NCBI GenBank assembly: GCA_951406725.2
Contig: OX597816.1
Span: 46,500,001-46,564,000, forward strand
Direction of reading: 5' to 3'
Length of the DNA: 64,000 bases
DNA from: Octopus vulgaris
Lineage: Eukaryota
A model generated the notes under the pieces. The model was not told where the DNA came from. It did no database searches and saw only the letters and a list, made by a program, of their open reading frames with translations. Positions 51,514 to 64,000 of the stretch are shown here, piece after piece. A program made the translations under genes and the position numbers. Each line of letters starts with the position of its first letter. The stretch's first letter is position 1.

Positions 51514-54500
51514 TATCGGTAAAAGAGACCGATACCAATAAGTACTAAGATTTTAAAAATAAGTCCTGGGGCTCGATATGGTCGACTAAAACGCTTCAAG
51601 GTGGTGCCCCTGCATGGCCACAGTCAAAAGACTGAAACAGGTAAAATATATATATACATATATATTATCTATAAAATTGTATCTTAGTGTAAGATAAACA
51701 TGAATATTTGCTTTCAAATTTTGGCACAAGGCCGGCAATTTCGAGGGTGAGTGCTACTTAATTACATCCATCTCAATGCTCAACTGGTGCTTATTTTATC
51801 AACCCCGAAAGAATGAAAGGCTAAGTCGACTTCGGTGGGATTTGAACTCAGAACATTAAAGACGGACGAAATGCTGCTAATCATTTTGCCCGGCGTGCAA
51901 ACGATTCTCTCAGCTCGCTGTTTTGGGATAAACATTAAATATTACAATCTGTTAAATATAATTTTCTTTTTAGTCAGAAAGAAAGAAAGCTGACATATCA
52001 CCTGTCCTTATTTTTCTACAAAATAAACTATTTCTTCCTCTGTGTGTGTGTGTGTGTGTGTTTATTCCAAATAAATCTGGCTAATGTATATTAGTGGTCT
52101 CTGTGTGTAGCATACACACATTTATAGTCATAAACACTAATTGTATTGATTAAAAGACCTAAAATATTAGAAGAATTTATATTAATCATGGTCGTCTTTT
52201 GATTAAACCTCATAATTTCTATTGACTGTGCTTTTTTTTACATTCCCAAATTCTGGAACGTTGCAAGCTTTTCGCGTTTGAAAAAAAGCTGCTATTTATA
52301 GAATGTCCACTTGCTGTTGATAACGAAGCAGTGAGGCTGTTGAATAACCATTCCATGATTGCTCACCGTTACTGTTTGCAAAAAGACCTGCCCTTCTTGG
52401 CTCACATGTCTAGCCTGTTAAGAAGGAAGATTATGTTTATCACTAACTTAAAACAAACTATTATCATTCCAGCTTAATACCTGCTTCTCCTAAATACATC
52501 TCTCTCTCTTATTCAAACAAGTAATTTTTAAAATAAATAATATTGAATAACAAGCTGTGCTGCCTTTTTCCCCCCATCTCTAATTAGTTTACCCGTAGAT
52601 TATTGTGATTCTCATGATAAGGTTTAGATAAATTTTTTTCTCATTCTCTCTTGTGAATTATAAAAAACCAACTTTTGTAGTTTCGTGAGCCAAGCTTTTG
52701 TTGTAATCAGTTGGTCGTTGTTAGTAATTCTTCGACTTGGTTGGTACTTGGTACTTGTTGCTTGTAAACAGCAATCAAATACCTTGAACTGAATCCATTT
52801 TTCTACGATCCAATTGAGGAAACTACTAAGCGGTCACTTGACTTGCTAGAAATAAACAACTCGCCTTCAAATTAAAGCATACCGGTATCATTGAGGGATC
52901 CAATGATATATAAAAGACGGGATTGTTATGGATGGAACATCTTTGGTGATGAGTATAAATGATCGGAACTGACTTGAAACCAAACATCAAGAACAATTAA
53001 TTACTTTTCGGCTAATCATCGTCATCGTCTTAAATTTTTAAAAATTATTTTCTAATCATTTACTGATTACTTGTAGAATATTTAATCAAATATAGGAACT
53101 AATAGTTTTGGAAATATTTAAATTAAAAAATGTACTACTTATTAACATTAAGTATTGCATTTTCACTAGTTTTGTTAAAACGTCAGCTAACAGACTCCTG
53201 TGAAGAATTCACACTTTTCATTCTTGTGATATTTTTGATGTCTAAGATTAAGGCTCTTTGTATTTCAAGAAATGCTGGTTTGCGACGAATTGTCCAACAA
53301 TTGCATTGGGCACGTAAATAAGCCCAACAAAATAGTGAAAGCCGCTTTTTATAAACACGGATAATGTTATCAAACGGAAATTGTTTTCGAAATCAGGGTT
53401 CCGAACTCGCTCGGGATAGTTATACCTTCCGTTTAATGGCATCAGCTAGTTATTATCTAAAAACAACCCCACCCCCAGCGTGTGATCACATTAAGCGGCT
53501 TTGCTTTGTCGAGTGATGCAACCTGATGGTTATTACATGGTCAACTCTATTTCGTTGGACGAGCAAGGAGTTCAATGAGATAAAAGGATATCTAACCACA
53601 TCTAATGACTTGCTTAAATTATTGTGGGACGTCATTATTGAACAAACTTATTATTGACCAGCCTTTCATTACAATAGATAAATCGGAAATGGACAATCCA
53701 CAGCACTCAGACAGCACGTGGCTCCTTATGACTTTTTATGACATTCATAATACCGTGATTGTTAACATTATAGTTTTTTTTTTTTTTTGCTTTTTTACTT
53801 TATTCTGTAGTGAAATCTCTCTAGGTCTGCCTATTCGTTTGAGCAACTTTGTTTCTTTCGATTAAGATTTGGTGGTATTAAAAACTTAAATTCGAGTTAT
53901 CAACCAATTTGATAAATCTGATTTATAATAAAGATTCTTTCTTATGACCACTAACTGGAAAAAACGCTTACTCGTAGCTCTTCTAAAGTCTTTGGCCATG
54001 TTTTGAACTACTAACTTGTATCCAGTTTAAAATTTGCTCAATGAATACATAATACGGGCATGGGGATAACAGCGTACTGCTTGGAAGAAGTATACAATGT
54101 TCTAAAATTTTATTTCTTCTTGGAGGTTGTTTAGAATTGGTGGTTATTATTAGCAATTAATTGTGTGACCCTTAAGTCGTTGTTTATTTGACAAAAAGCC
54201 TTCGGAATGTCAAATGTCTTTTAACAGCATCTTTTTGTTCACGAGCCAACTACAATTAACACATCTCTCTCAGATCACACTCTACCGTCTTAAAGAAAAA
54301 CAAAAGAATACATTGCTAATATGGATACACAGTACCCGGAGAAAAAGTTAGATTGTAATGACTTCAATGCTTTTGATATTTTTGGTTATAGGTCTCTTCT
54401 ATCTGGACACTGACCTGGGGCTAAACATATTTTATTCACTTTACTGCGCAGCATCATTTGAGATGTGTGCGTAGAGGAGTAAATATTTCCCACTTCTTTT

Positions 54501-54966
54501 TATACTATGGCTCTGAAACCTACCCTATTTTCTTGAATCGCAATTTTGACTACATGCTTTAGGAAATGAACATTCTCTGACATGACTCATTGTTATGTAT
54601 ATATACATATGGGTCATGTAAGTTTTTTTATATATTAAACACAGCAATCTATCTTTTCTCTGGTTTCTGATTTGGTGTCTTTCAAGCTTAAGTTACTCGT
54701 AAAAAGGAAGTAAAATTTCCCATTACTATAACTTACTTTGATAAATTAAAGTAGATCATAATTGAACTTTTCTACATGAAGCATTTTCAGTTTCTAAATC
54801 TGTATAGCTATTTGCATTAAAAAGGAGAAATAAACAAATGATTATACTAGGGTAAAGCAATACACTGGCCCCTATAGTATTTATTGACAGTAAGCCAGAG
54901 TATACATAGATCATAGTTGGGACCCTAGACCGCGAGGCACCTGGACAGCTGCCCAGCGTGTCCATG

Positions 54967-55180
54967 CCTATTTCTTTATTACCCACAAGGGGCCAAACAC
55001 AAAGGGGACAATCAAGGACAGACATAGGTATTAAATCGATTACATCGACCCTAGTGCGTAACTGGTACTTAATTTATCGACCCCGAAAGGATGAAAGGCA
55101 AAGTCGACCTCGGCGGAATTCGAACTCAACGTAACGCAGACGAAATACCGCTAAGCATTTCGCCCGACGTGCTAACGTTT
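54967..55180 (-). mobile_element. SINE family B (young)
   Basis: Homology to family B. Confidence 0.85.
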
Positions 55181-56292
55181 TGGATTAAATACTCGGTAAT
55201 CAAAATTAAACTGTAGAAAGTTTATCATTTGTGTATGATACATTCTAGTTTCCTTGTTGAATTATCACATATTGTTTTCTTTCATAAGCCATCTGAAAGT
55301 TCCTTATCTCGACATATGCCTAGAAATGAAGTTTTGAAAACTCTTAAATTAGCAGGCATGATTATGAGATTAAGCAAGTTCACTTCATAGCCATGTGATT
55401 CCGAGTACGATATCAGTATGTGTCACCCTGAGCAAGTGTTTTCTATCAGAGCCCCGTGTTTACCAATAACGCGTGAACGAAATTCTATGTTTATTGAAAG
55501 AAGCTCGTCGTACGTACTAAGCATGGCCAATTGGTTAAAAAGTTTGCTTCGCAATCACAAGGTCCCGGGTTCGAATCATTATGAGCTTTGGATCTGGTAG
55601 GTGGAAAGTGTTCGGAAACCAGTCAGATGGATGGCTTGTAGGCACAATTAAAAAGCCCAGCCTTGTGTCGCCGATTCCACTTGGGAATTGCGAAGAATAC
55701 AATTGATGTGGAATGTTCAGTCCCACGTTAGTTAGCAGGTACTCGAAGTGCTGAATATTCATTGACGGATATCTACCTACCTACCTACTTCCTAGCGATC
55801 GACAAGAAGAAATGTAGTTTTTACATGTTTATGACAAGAATTAAATTATTTTTTTCCCTTGAAATTAATTAAGTTTCATCAGTGTAGAAAGTTTGGGGGA
55901 AATGTAGAGAAAATTTGAAATACTTCAAGTAGTTTTGGGGGAATTTAACGAGATTCCACTTTTGCCTTCATTAAATACACTAAACAAATAATTGACCCAT
56001 TGGAAATGTTTTAACCAACGACGCTATTGTTCACCAATTGCAATATACATGAAATTGCAATAACGTAACTGGCGGTGTATCGTGCAACTCTTTGTAATAT
56101 AGACTAGTTGATTATATTGCACATTTCGATTTCCTCATTCTTCTGTGCTGAGTGAATCTACTTGTATAATAAATAATTAGATAACTGCTGAATTGTAAAT
56201 TAAGAAACCTAGTTGCTGATATGGTGATCTACAGGTTTGCTAACTAGTTGTTTTTATTTCATTAAATTCTCTTAGGAATAAAGACACCTGCA

Positions 56293-56491
56293 ATATATAT
56301 GTGTGTGTGTATATATATATATATATATGTGTGTGTGTATATATTTATATATGTGTGTGTATATATTTATATGTGTGTGTGTGTATATATTTATATGTGT
56401 GTGTGTGTATATATTTATATGTGTGTGTGTGTATATATTTATATGTGTGTGTGTGTATATATTTGTGTGTGTGTATATATATATATGTGTG

Positions 56492-56522
<31 letters not shown>
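56293..56522. repeat. Compound (TA)n(TG)n minisatellite with ~24-bp unit
   Basis: TATATATTTATATGTGTGTGTGTG repeated about 5 times. Confidence 0.95.
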
Positions 56523-56956
56523 ATTTGTTCCTTTGTTTTGATTTACTTTGAAATATTATCAATCAAGCTTCCTATACTTGCATAATTAATCGGTGCTTTT
56601 CCCCCATTTTCTACACGAGCAACATTTGGAACCTCCCCAAATGTTTACAGTTCTGGCTTGGGTCTATATCAAGCGAAACTGGACTAAAACAATGGGTTTA
56701 TTGTGGAAATACCCTTTCTAGTATTAATCGCTTTGTATGTATGGTGAAGGTGAATGTTGAACATGAAGTCAATGATATGATATTTATTAATATATAAGTA
56801 TTTGAAGGTCAAGTAGCCGAGAATGGAGAGCTCGAAAAATTTACTTGCTATATCTGGTTTTTAGTTCAAACCCTATGCAGGTCAACTTCGCTTCTCATCA
56901 TTCCGATAGTAATAATACTGGTTTTAACTAAGAACTTATATTTATGAAGGAAATTG

Positions 56957-57246
56957 TTAGTTGCCGTGACAAGAGCAACATTTAATTTTTTTAATCTTGG
57001 TTTCTTAGTTTTGGATTTATACATTGTAGAGAATCCACTTTATGAGGAATTACAACCGTGTTTCGTGGTCTGCTACCACAACAGCTCCTTTATAGGATCC
57101 AGTTAGCTCAAGACATCATCAGGAGGAACCACGTCCGGTTTCAGCCCCTACTCCTCTTAGTTGCTGTGACAAGAGCAACATTTTATTTTTTTAATCTTGG
57201 TTTTCTTTGTTTGGGATTTATACATTGTAGAGAATCCACTTTATGA
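56957..57246. repeat. ~89-bp direct repeats flanking a ~111-bp GC-richer spacer
   Basis: TTAGTTGCYGTGACAAGAGCAACATTT...GAATCCACTTTATGA at 56957-57045 and 57157-57246. Confidence 0.8.
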
Positions 57247-57305
57247 AATATATTCAAATGATTAAAGCTCCATCTTGAGTACTGGGGTCTGGCTTAACTA
57301 CTTTT

Positions 57306-57495
57306 GTGTAAGAGTATAAAAAACTGCACCCCTCTGCCAAGCCAGTGTTAACAGAGCAGGTTCATCAAACCAGTATGATCTCAAGCTCAAATTCACAACC
57401 TCCACATCAGGGAAAGGTTGCTGGAGAGAACATGCTGAGGCCTTCATTCTGCAGTGGACTGAACATAGGCAATCCAATCCAATCCAATCCAATCC
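57306..57495 (+). mobile_element. Retroposon 3' end with (CAATC)n tail (RTE-like), second copy
   Basis: Homologous to 42662-42855; ...AEAFILQWTE followed by CAATC repeats. Confidence 0.6.
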
Positions 57496-58167
57496 AGGAT
57501 AGAAATAATAGTTTCCAACAATTCCGAAAGAAAGGGGATAAGTTGATGCTATCAGCCCCATTACTTGTATTATATTTTATCAACCTGAAAGGTTGGATGA
57601 AAGATTAAGTTAACCTCTGCAGGATTTGAACTCAGGATTTGAAAAACCCAAACAAATACTAGAGAGCATTTTTTCTCTGACACTAGCATCTCTCTCTCTC
57701 TTAATGAGAATTTTTGAAAATTCACACAAACATTTAAATTAGGTTTGCCATATAAAAGCAAATTCAATCCTCTTTATTAAATCGTTTATTCATTTATTCA
57801 GGAGATTCCATTTAGCTTCTGTGTTTGCTATTTATTAGTAAAAGGAAACTAATGAGACAATGTTTTCATTGTAGGTGCCTGAAATACATGAAATATATGG
57901 AATCATAGATAATATCTAATTGTGGTTACAAGATAAATGGTGGGTCTGTTTGCATCTAATTTTAGGCCAAGTAGTTCAAAGCTGAATATCTTTCTTGATT
58001 ATCCTCATTTAATGATGAAAATGTTTATTATAAAGTTGATAGTCTAATAGTGTGCTGGACTGATAACTAAGGGAGTACATGGTTCACATCACATAACTAT
58101 TGCTGTTCTTGGAACTGAGCCAAGATTGATGAGGATACAGCAAGATTATTATTAAGTCAGCAAGCTG

Positions 58168-58620
58168 AAGGCAGTGAGTTGGCAGAAACGTTAGCACGCG
58201 GGTGAAATGCTTAACAGTATTTCGTCTGTCTTCGTGTTCTAAGTTCAAATTTCGCCGAGGTCGACTTTACCTTTCATCCTTTCAGGGTCGATATATTAAG
58301 TAGCAGTTGTGTACTGGGGTTGATCTAATCAACTGGACCTCTCCCCCACAATTTCAGGCCTTGTGCCTATAGTAGAAAGGATTATTAAGTCAGTAAGCTG
58401 GCAGAATTGTTGGTACACCAGGCAAAATGCTTAGTGGAATTTTGCCTGTCTTTACGTTCTGAATTCAAATGCTGCCAAGGTCAGCTTTGCCTTTAATTTT
58501 ATTTATCATTTTTTTTTTGCAGGCAGGGAGTCAATAAAATAACAGCTGAGAACTGGGGTTGATGTAATCAACTTACCCCCCTCGCCCAACTTGTTGGCCA
58601 TGTGCCAAAATTTGAAACAT
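58168..58620 (+). mobile_element. Two tandem SINE family B copies with alternative tails (others at ~7903, 9696, 18890, 36684, 43208, 51710, 59515)
   Basis: Same head and centre, but tails GGCCTTGTGCCTATAGTAGAAAGG or GGCCATGTGCCAAAATTTGAAAC. Confidence 0.8.
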
Positions 58621-59294
58621 TCATCATTATTATTACTATTTTTATTATCATTATTATTCTGGTTCTGTGCACCTTTAGTTCAGATGCTGCCACGGTCAAT
58701 TTTGCTCTTAATCCCTCTAGGTTCTATAAAATAAGCACAAGTTGAGTACTATGATTGATCATCATCGTTTAACGTCCACTTTCCATGCTAGCATGTATTA
58801 GACGATTTGACTGAGGTCTGGCGAACCAGATGATTGCACCAGACACCAATCTGATCTGGCAGAGTTTCTACAGCTGGATGCCCTTCCTAATGCCAACCAC
58901 TCCGAGAGTGTAGTGGGTGCTTTTAATGCCACCGACACGAGGGCCAGTCAGGCGGTACTGGTAACAGCCACGCTCAAATGGTGTTTTTTATGTGCCACCT
59001 GCACAGGAGCCAGTCCAGCAGCGCTAGCAACGACCTCGCTTGAATGTTTTTTCATGTGCCACCAGCACAAGTGCCAGTAAGGCGACGCAGGTAACTATCA
59101 CGCTCGAATGGTGCTTTTTACATGCCATCGGCATGGAGGCCAGTTTGTTGCTCTGGCAACGATCACGCTCATATGGTACTCTTAGCGCTCCACTAGCATG
59201 GATGCCAGTTATCGAATTTGATTTCGATTTCTGTAATCAATTATCCCCTTCTGCTAAAATCACTCACCTTGTACCAAGATTTGAAACTTATTAA

Positions 59295-59512
59295 CCCTTT
59301 TGTTACCATATTTCTTCTGTTACTCTGTTTCTTTCAATTAATTTTAAATATAACAAAGAATTTAGTAAAATAACTTAGTTGTCATTATGCTAGTGTTAGG
59401 AACATAAATTGTAACTTGGGTTTGGTGGAAGATTTTAATTCACAGTTTTTGCAAACAAGATATTTGTACTACAGAGCCAAATGCGGTTTCAGCAGGGTTG
59501 ATACCAAAAGGG
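59295..59512. mobile_element. piggyBac-like MITE (family 2)
   Basis: TTAA-CCCTTTTGTTACCA...TTGATACCAAAAGGG-TTAA. Confidence 0.8.
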
Positions 59513-60276
59513 TTAAGGCAGCAAACAGATAGAATTGTTAGCACACTAAGCAAAATGCTTAGAGACATTGTTTTTACATTCTGAATTCAAATTCTGCCAT
59601 GTTGACTTTGCCTTTCATCCTTTTGGGGTTGATAAAACAAGTACTAGGTGAGTGCTAGGGTCGATGTAATTGATTTATCCCTCCCCCCAAATTGCTGGCC
59701 TTATGCCAAAATTTGAAACCATTATTATTATTCTGTTAGGTGTCTATATTGAGTTTAAATTTTCTCTTATCAATGCCACTTGGAGTTGATAAGCTCTGCC
59801 AGAATCACTAACTTTAGATGCACTACATAAAGTCTCCCATTAGTTCCATTATAGATTAGTTTTAAGTAGATGTTCCCACTAAAATAGTGGAAAGCTCTAT
59901 TTCAATTGATATAGTCTTTTTACTATTATCTCTATGGTAGTACTGAGAACTAACTCTTTGCATATGTCACATTCCTAGAATAACATCTGTTCATTCCTCT
60001 CGGTTTTTAAATTAAATTACATCTCAGTGGCTTAACAAGGGAAGATTTTTTTTCTAACTAAATAGGGCAAGATATTAATCTTAACAAAACTTTATTACTT
60101 TTTCATTGGCTTTTTTTTTTTTTTTAATTCAATATTTGATTATTTGGATTTACATGCGAGGCATTGTTTCAGTTTAGTTTAACTGAAATCTGATATCAGA
60201 AGTTCAGTGGGCCTTTCTCAAATACAATATCATCACAAGTGAAACTATTTAGAATGGAAGTAAATATTACTATTAA

Positions 60277-60490
60277 CCCTTTAGCGTTCACACCAGCCAT
60301 ATCCAGCCCAAATATTCTGCCTGTTTTGTGGTCAAACTAGCCAGATCCAGTCTCTTGCATCTACCCTACAATGTTATTTTAAAAATAATCTGTCCGCCAT
60401 CAAATTAAAGATGTGAGATAATACATGATTAATTCAAAACAATGTGAATAAATAAATATTACTATTGACCGTAATCTGAATGCTAAAGGG
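60277..60490. mobile_element. piggyBac-like MITE (family 1)
   Basis: TTAA TSDs on both sides; TIR CCCTTTAGC / GCTAAAGGG. Confidence 0.85.
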
Positions 60491-61602
60491 TTAAAGGCTT
60501 GTCTGCCAATAATTCATATATACTTTGAAAAGCTTTCATTTGATTATGGTATTTACTATTTCTTGAAAAGGAGCCATCAATAACATTTGCTCTTAGACCT
60601 AAGTTGAAAATATTTAAGGAATTTCAGACAACTTTGGGACACTTTCTTTTATATATGGCAAACAGAGTATACATGGTGTGTATGTTTAGAAGTACGATGC
60701 TGTAGATGCGGTATTGTAATAAAAATATAAACACTAAAGACATAAAAATTACTACAGTTACAAGTGTGGTCTGATGGATGTTCAGTGTTGACTTGATTAC
60801 ACTGGAATGAGTTGAGCATGTCAAGAATATTGTGTACACATGTGCATGTGCATTAGTCTTAGATCCATTCTCACATTAGTATATATAGATCAGTCCTTTT
60901 AATTTGGATATGTTCATATAGTTTGAGCAATTTTACTGCTGGGTAGTCTCTCTAAGTAACTAACTGTAAAGTGGGTGTGGTACTATCTATTTTCTGTTTG
61001 GTAGCTTGAGGTAGTCTGTACAATAAATATAACGTGAAGACTGTAGAAAAGTTGCTGCTTAGCTTCAGTTGGCATTAAGCAGTTGAGATCTTCTACTTGG
61101 TATGATCATCTGTTGCAGGTATCTTTCTAGAATGATCTACTATAAGGGTTCTCAAAGCAGGGCATGTAACAGAAATTGCATGGTTATGCAATGTTTGTAA
61201 AAGCATTGGGATTTTGAGGTGATCATTTTACCAGCAGAACACAACTGAGTGTCTAGAAAATGAGGTGAAGAGCCTTTTGCTGTTTTCTTCCACTTATTGT
61301 TATGAACAAATGTTTTCAGCAATGTTTATAACCCAAAACAAATTTCAAGCCAAGGTGTATGTGTCCCTCTGAAACTGTACTGAGAACGGAGTTACTTGTC
61401 ACAAAGAACTAAGTTCATTACATTTATTAAAACTGTAACATTAAATTAAGCTTTTTTTAACACACACAGTCAGAAATTGGTGGGTAAGAAACTTACTAAC
61501 AACCATAGACCTTTATTGATACCATATTTTATTGATCCCTGAAAGACAAAAGGCACAGTTGATCATAATGTGACTTGGACCCTTTACATTAGATTACATT
61601 AA

Positions 61603-61809
61603 CTCTTTAGCATTTTAACTAGCTATATTCAGCCCAAAATATTCTACTTGTTTTATGATTTCGTCTCTCACACCTACCCTACAATGTTGTTCTAAATATA
61701 TAAGATCACATCATTGAAACCTTGAAACTACAAGACAATGCATGATTAATCAAAAACCATGAAAATAAACAAACATTACATTTGATAAAGTAATCTGAAT
61801 GCCAAAGGA
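61603..61809. mobile_element. piggyBac-like MITE (family 1)
   Basis: TTAA TSDs; degenerate TIRs; interior homologous to the other two copies. Confidence 0.75.
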
Positions 61810-62368
61810 TTAACAAATATCATGTCTGTTCTCTGATACCCAACCATTTTACACACAATTCTTCACACGACATTAGCCAACACTGACAGACATGATGAAG
61901 AAGAATACAGGGAGACAAACGTTTAAGAACCCTTCATCTAGTGTCTACCCTTCAAAACTAAGTGAACCAAGAATACAGAATTAAGTGTACTAATAAAGTA
62001 TATTATGAGTCTTTTCAATTCTGACATAACAAATTGGTTGTAATAGGATTTGATCTCTTAGTAGTGTAGCTAATAATCTGGAACATTAAACTTAGACATG
62101 CTGTCTTCTGTTACTGAATGTTCTGTGTCAACTATAATGAAGCCAGCATGTGTCACATGACTTTTTATCGATTGCTGACTAAGTGACCTATAAACAGAAT
62201 ATACAAGATATTACTACTTACTACTGTGTGACTTCTTTTAAGTATTTATTACTCAAGCATATTGTTGAACAGATTGGGCAGACCTATGATCAAAGAAGTT
62301 CAATCTATGACAATCTCATCTTTTTCTCTCTTCCACCCTTGTAATAGTATACCATGAAGTACATTAGC

Positions 62369-63045
62369 CAGTGGTGGCTCATGTAAAGGAACTGTGGAAC
62401 TGCAGCACCCCCAATTTCCACTTGATATTATTGATAACATTTAATATAATGACTCCTTTTTACTTTAATTCTTTCTTTCTACTTTTACATTATATAATCC
62501 TTAAGCTTAATGTCAGTAGCCATCCCCTAGTTTACAAGAAAATTTTTTTAAATCCTTGTATAGAACTGTGTGCTTCACAATTCCAGCAATGCACTGTTTG
62601 GCTGTTGTGCGCATGCTTAAAAGTCCGAGATAGGAAGCTTCACACTAGGGAGAGAGAGCACTTTGTGAACAACAGTGCTGGGTGGAAGTTAGTGTTTCTT
62701 TTTGACTCCGCGTGTGTTGTGCTTAAAAACATGTTTATATTCTTGAATATGATAATGTATAGAATTAGGTTATTATCCTGCTTCCAATTTCAGTGTTGCT
62801 GCCAGGATTTGAAAAAATCAGGCACCCCTCCCCCTTATTTTGTGATTACGGGGGGGGGGGAATTTGCAGCAGTGTTCAATGAAGAAATTAAACACACTAC
62901 CCAGCAGTGGCTAAAGTGCAAACTGATCAAGTTTATGTATAAATATTCTTTTTATATGTTTGTTTCCTTTTACACAATATTAAAACAATGGCTAAAAGTT
63001 TTCTGAAGAAGCACCCCCACTAATTTTATCTACAAGCCGCCACTG
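62369..63045. mobile_element. Non-autonomous hAT element
   Basis: TIRs CAGTGGTGGCT / AGCCGCCACTG; perfect 8-bp TSD ACATTAGC (62361-68, 63046-53). Confidence 0.88.
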
Positions 63046-64000
63046 ACATTAGCTGATATCGTTTTTTCTTTAGCTATTTTTAAAAAGCTTCTGGAAGGAA
63101 TTTAATAATTTACATTTTAGTTAAATTTTCTACTATTCAACCACATGCTATAGGGAAAAAAATATCTAAGTTCTTTTGTTTGAGAAGAAATTATTTCTCT
63201 TTGCTTGTGGTGAGATATGAATACAAAACCTTTTATTTAAGAATCCAAAACCTTACCTATTTGGTCAATGACTCTTATGAACAAGGAAGACCATACAAAA
63301 AGACACCCCTTTTAACCATCACATAAGTACAAACAACTAGTTTCAATTGAATCAGTTATAATTTACTAATTATGTCATTCAGATATGTTGATAATGGTTT
63401 GAAAACAAACTTGTTTACGTCTATCACTTGACCTAAGAGAAACACAACAACTTTTGAGTTGAAGGCATTTTTCTAAGTGGCCGCTCAAGGTACTAGAAGT
63501 AGCAGTCAAATCTCCCTTAAATCAAATCCTCACCATGTTGAATAATGAAACATGGGGCCTTGGGTGCCTTTAAAGGAGTTGACTCTCTTGTAAATATATG
63601 GACCAAGATCTCTGGTTTTAGGATATCTTCTTCTCTGAAGCCTTCTCTCTTGATTAAAAGGCAAGAAAATAGTACCACTAAAAAGACGGGAGTGTCATGT
63701 CTGTAATGCTTAGGATCAGAAGGCTACTTGAAGAGATGCTTAACACCAATACCAAAAAATGGTTTTTGAACCAGCGAAGGAGCATCTGTTCCAGTCCATT
63801 GTGAAAGCTTGTCCAGGTTTCCTGACGTGTTGTGTGATCTTTGTAAATAAGAGGCTCATTCATACAGTACCATTTGTTTCCTGTTCTCTGTAAATATGTC
63901 CATGCTGCATTTTGTTTGGCAGGCTGTGAAGATAATTTTGCTTGGAAACACACAGATTAGTGTCAGAAAGGGCATCTTGGACCTTCACTATTTTTTTCTG

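Noticed and set aside
62371-63006. Longest ORF in the window (211 aa)
   Set aside because: GTG start, coincides with a non-autonomous hAT element, and shows no transposase or other recognisable motif.
63678-63953. Possible degenerate LINE RT fragment (LLRWFKN)
   Set aside because: Only a single weak motif; no flanking RT motifs found.

Overview
This is AT-rich, repeat-dense metazoan DNA. The SINE families, (TA)n/(CA)n microsatellites and TTAGGG repeats look like Octopus (inference, no database search). No intact cellular protein-coding gene is recognisable, and almost all listed ORFs are microsatellite or SINE read-throughs. Content includes: at least four SINE families in dozens of copies, a 5'-truncated Tx1/L1-type LINE with a 15-bp TSD, a decayed mariner, CR1/RTE tails, three non-autonomous Helitrons, and hAT-, piggyBac- and Mutator-like MITEs, one carrying head-to-head TTAGGG repeats. 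The main finding is a 2.5-kb array (37009-39480) of a highly structured, non-coding ~484-bp unit. It contains five identical complete type I hammerhead ribozymes (3 on the minus strand, 2 on the plus strand), consistent with a retrozyme or Penelope pLTR-like system predicted to release ~485-nt, possibly circular, RNAs. A second, unrelated hammerhead-like fold with a G3:C8 covaried core lies at 15549-15599. One SINE subfamily appears to share its 3' tail with the Tx1-like LINE.
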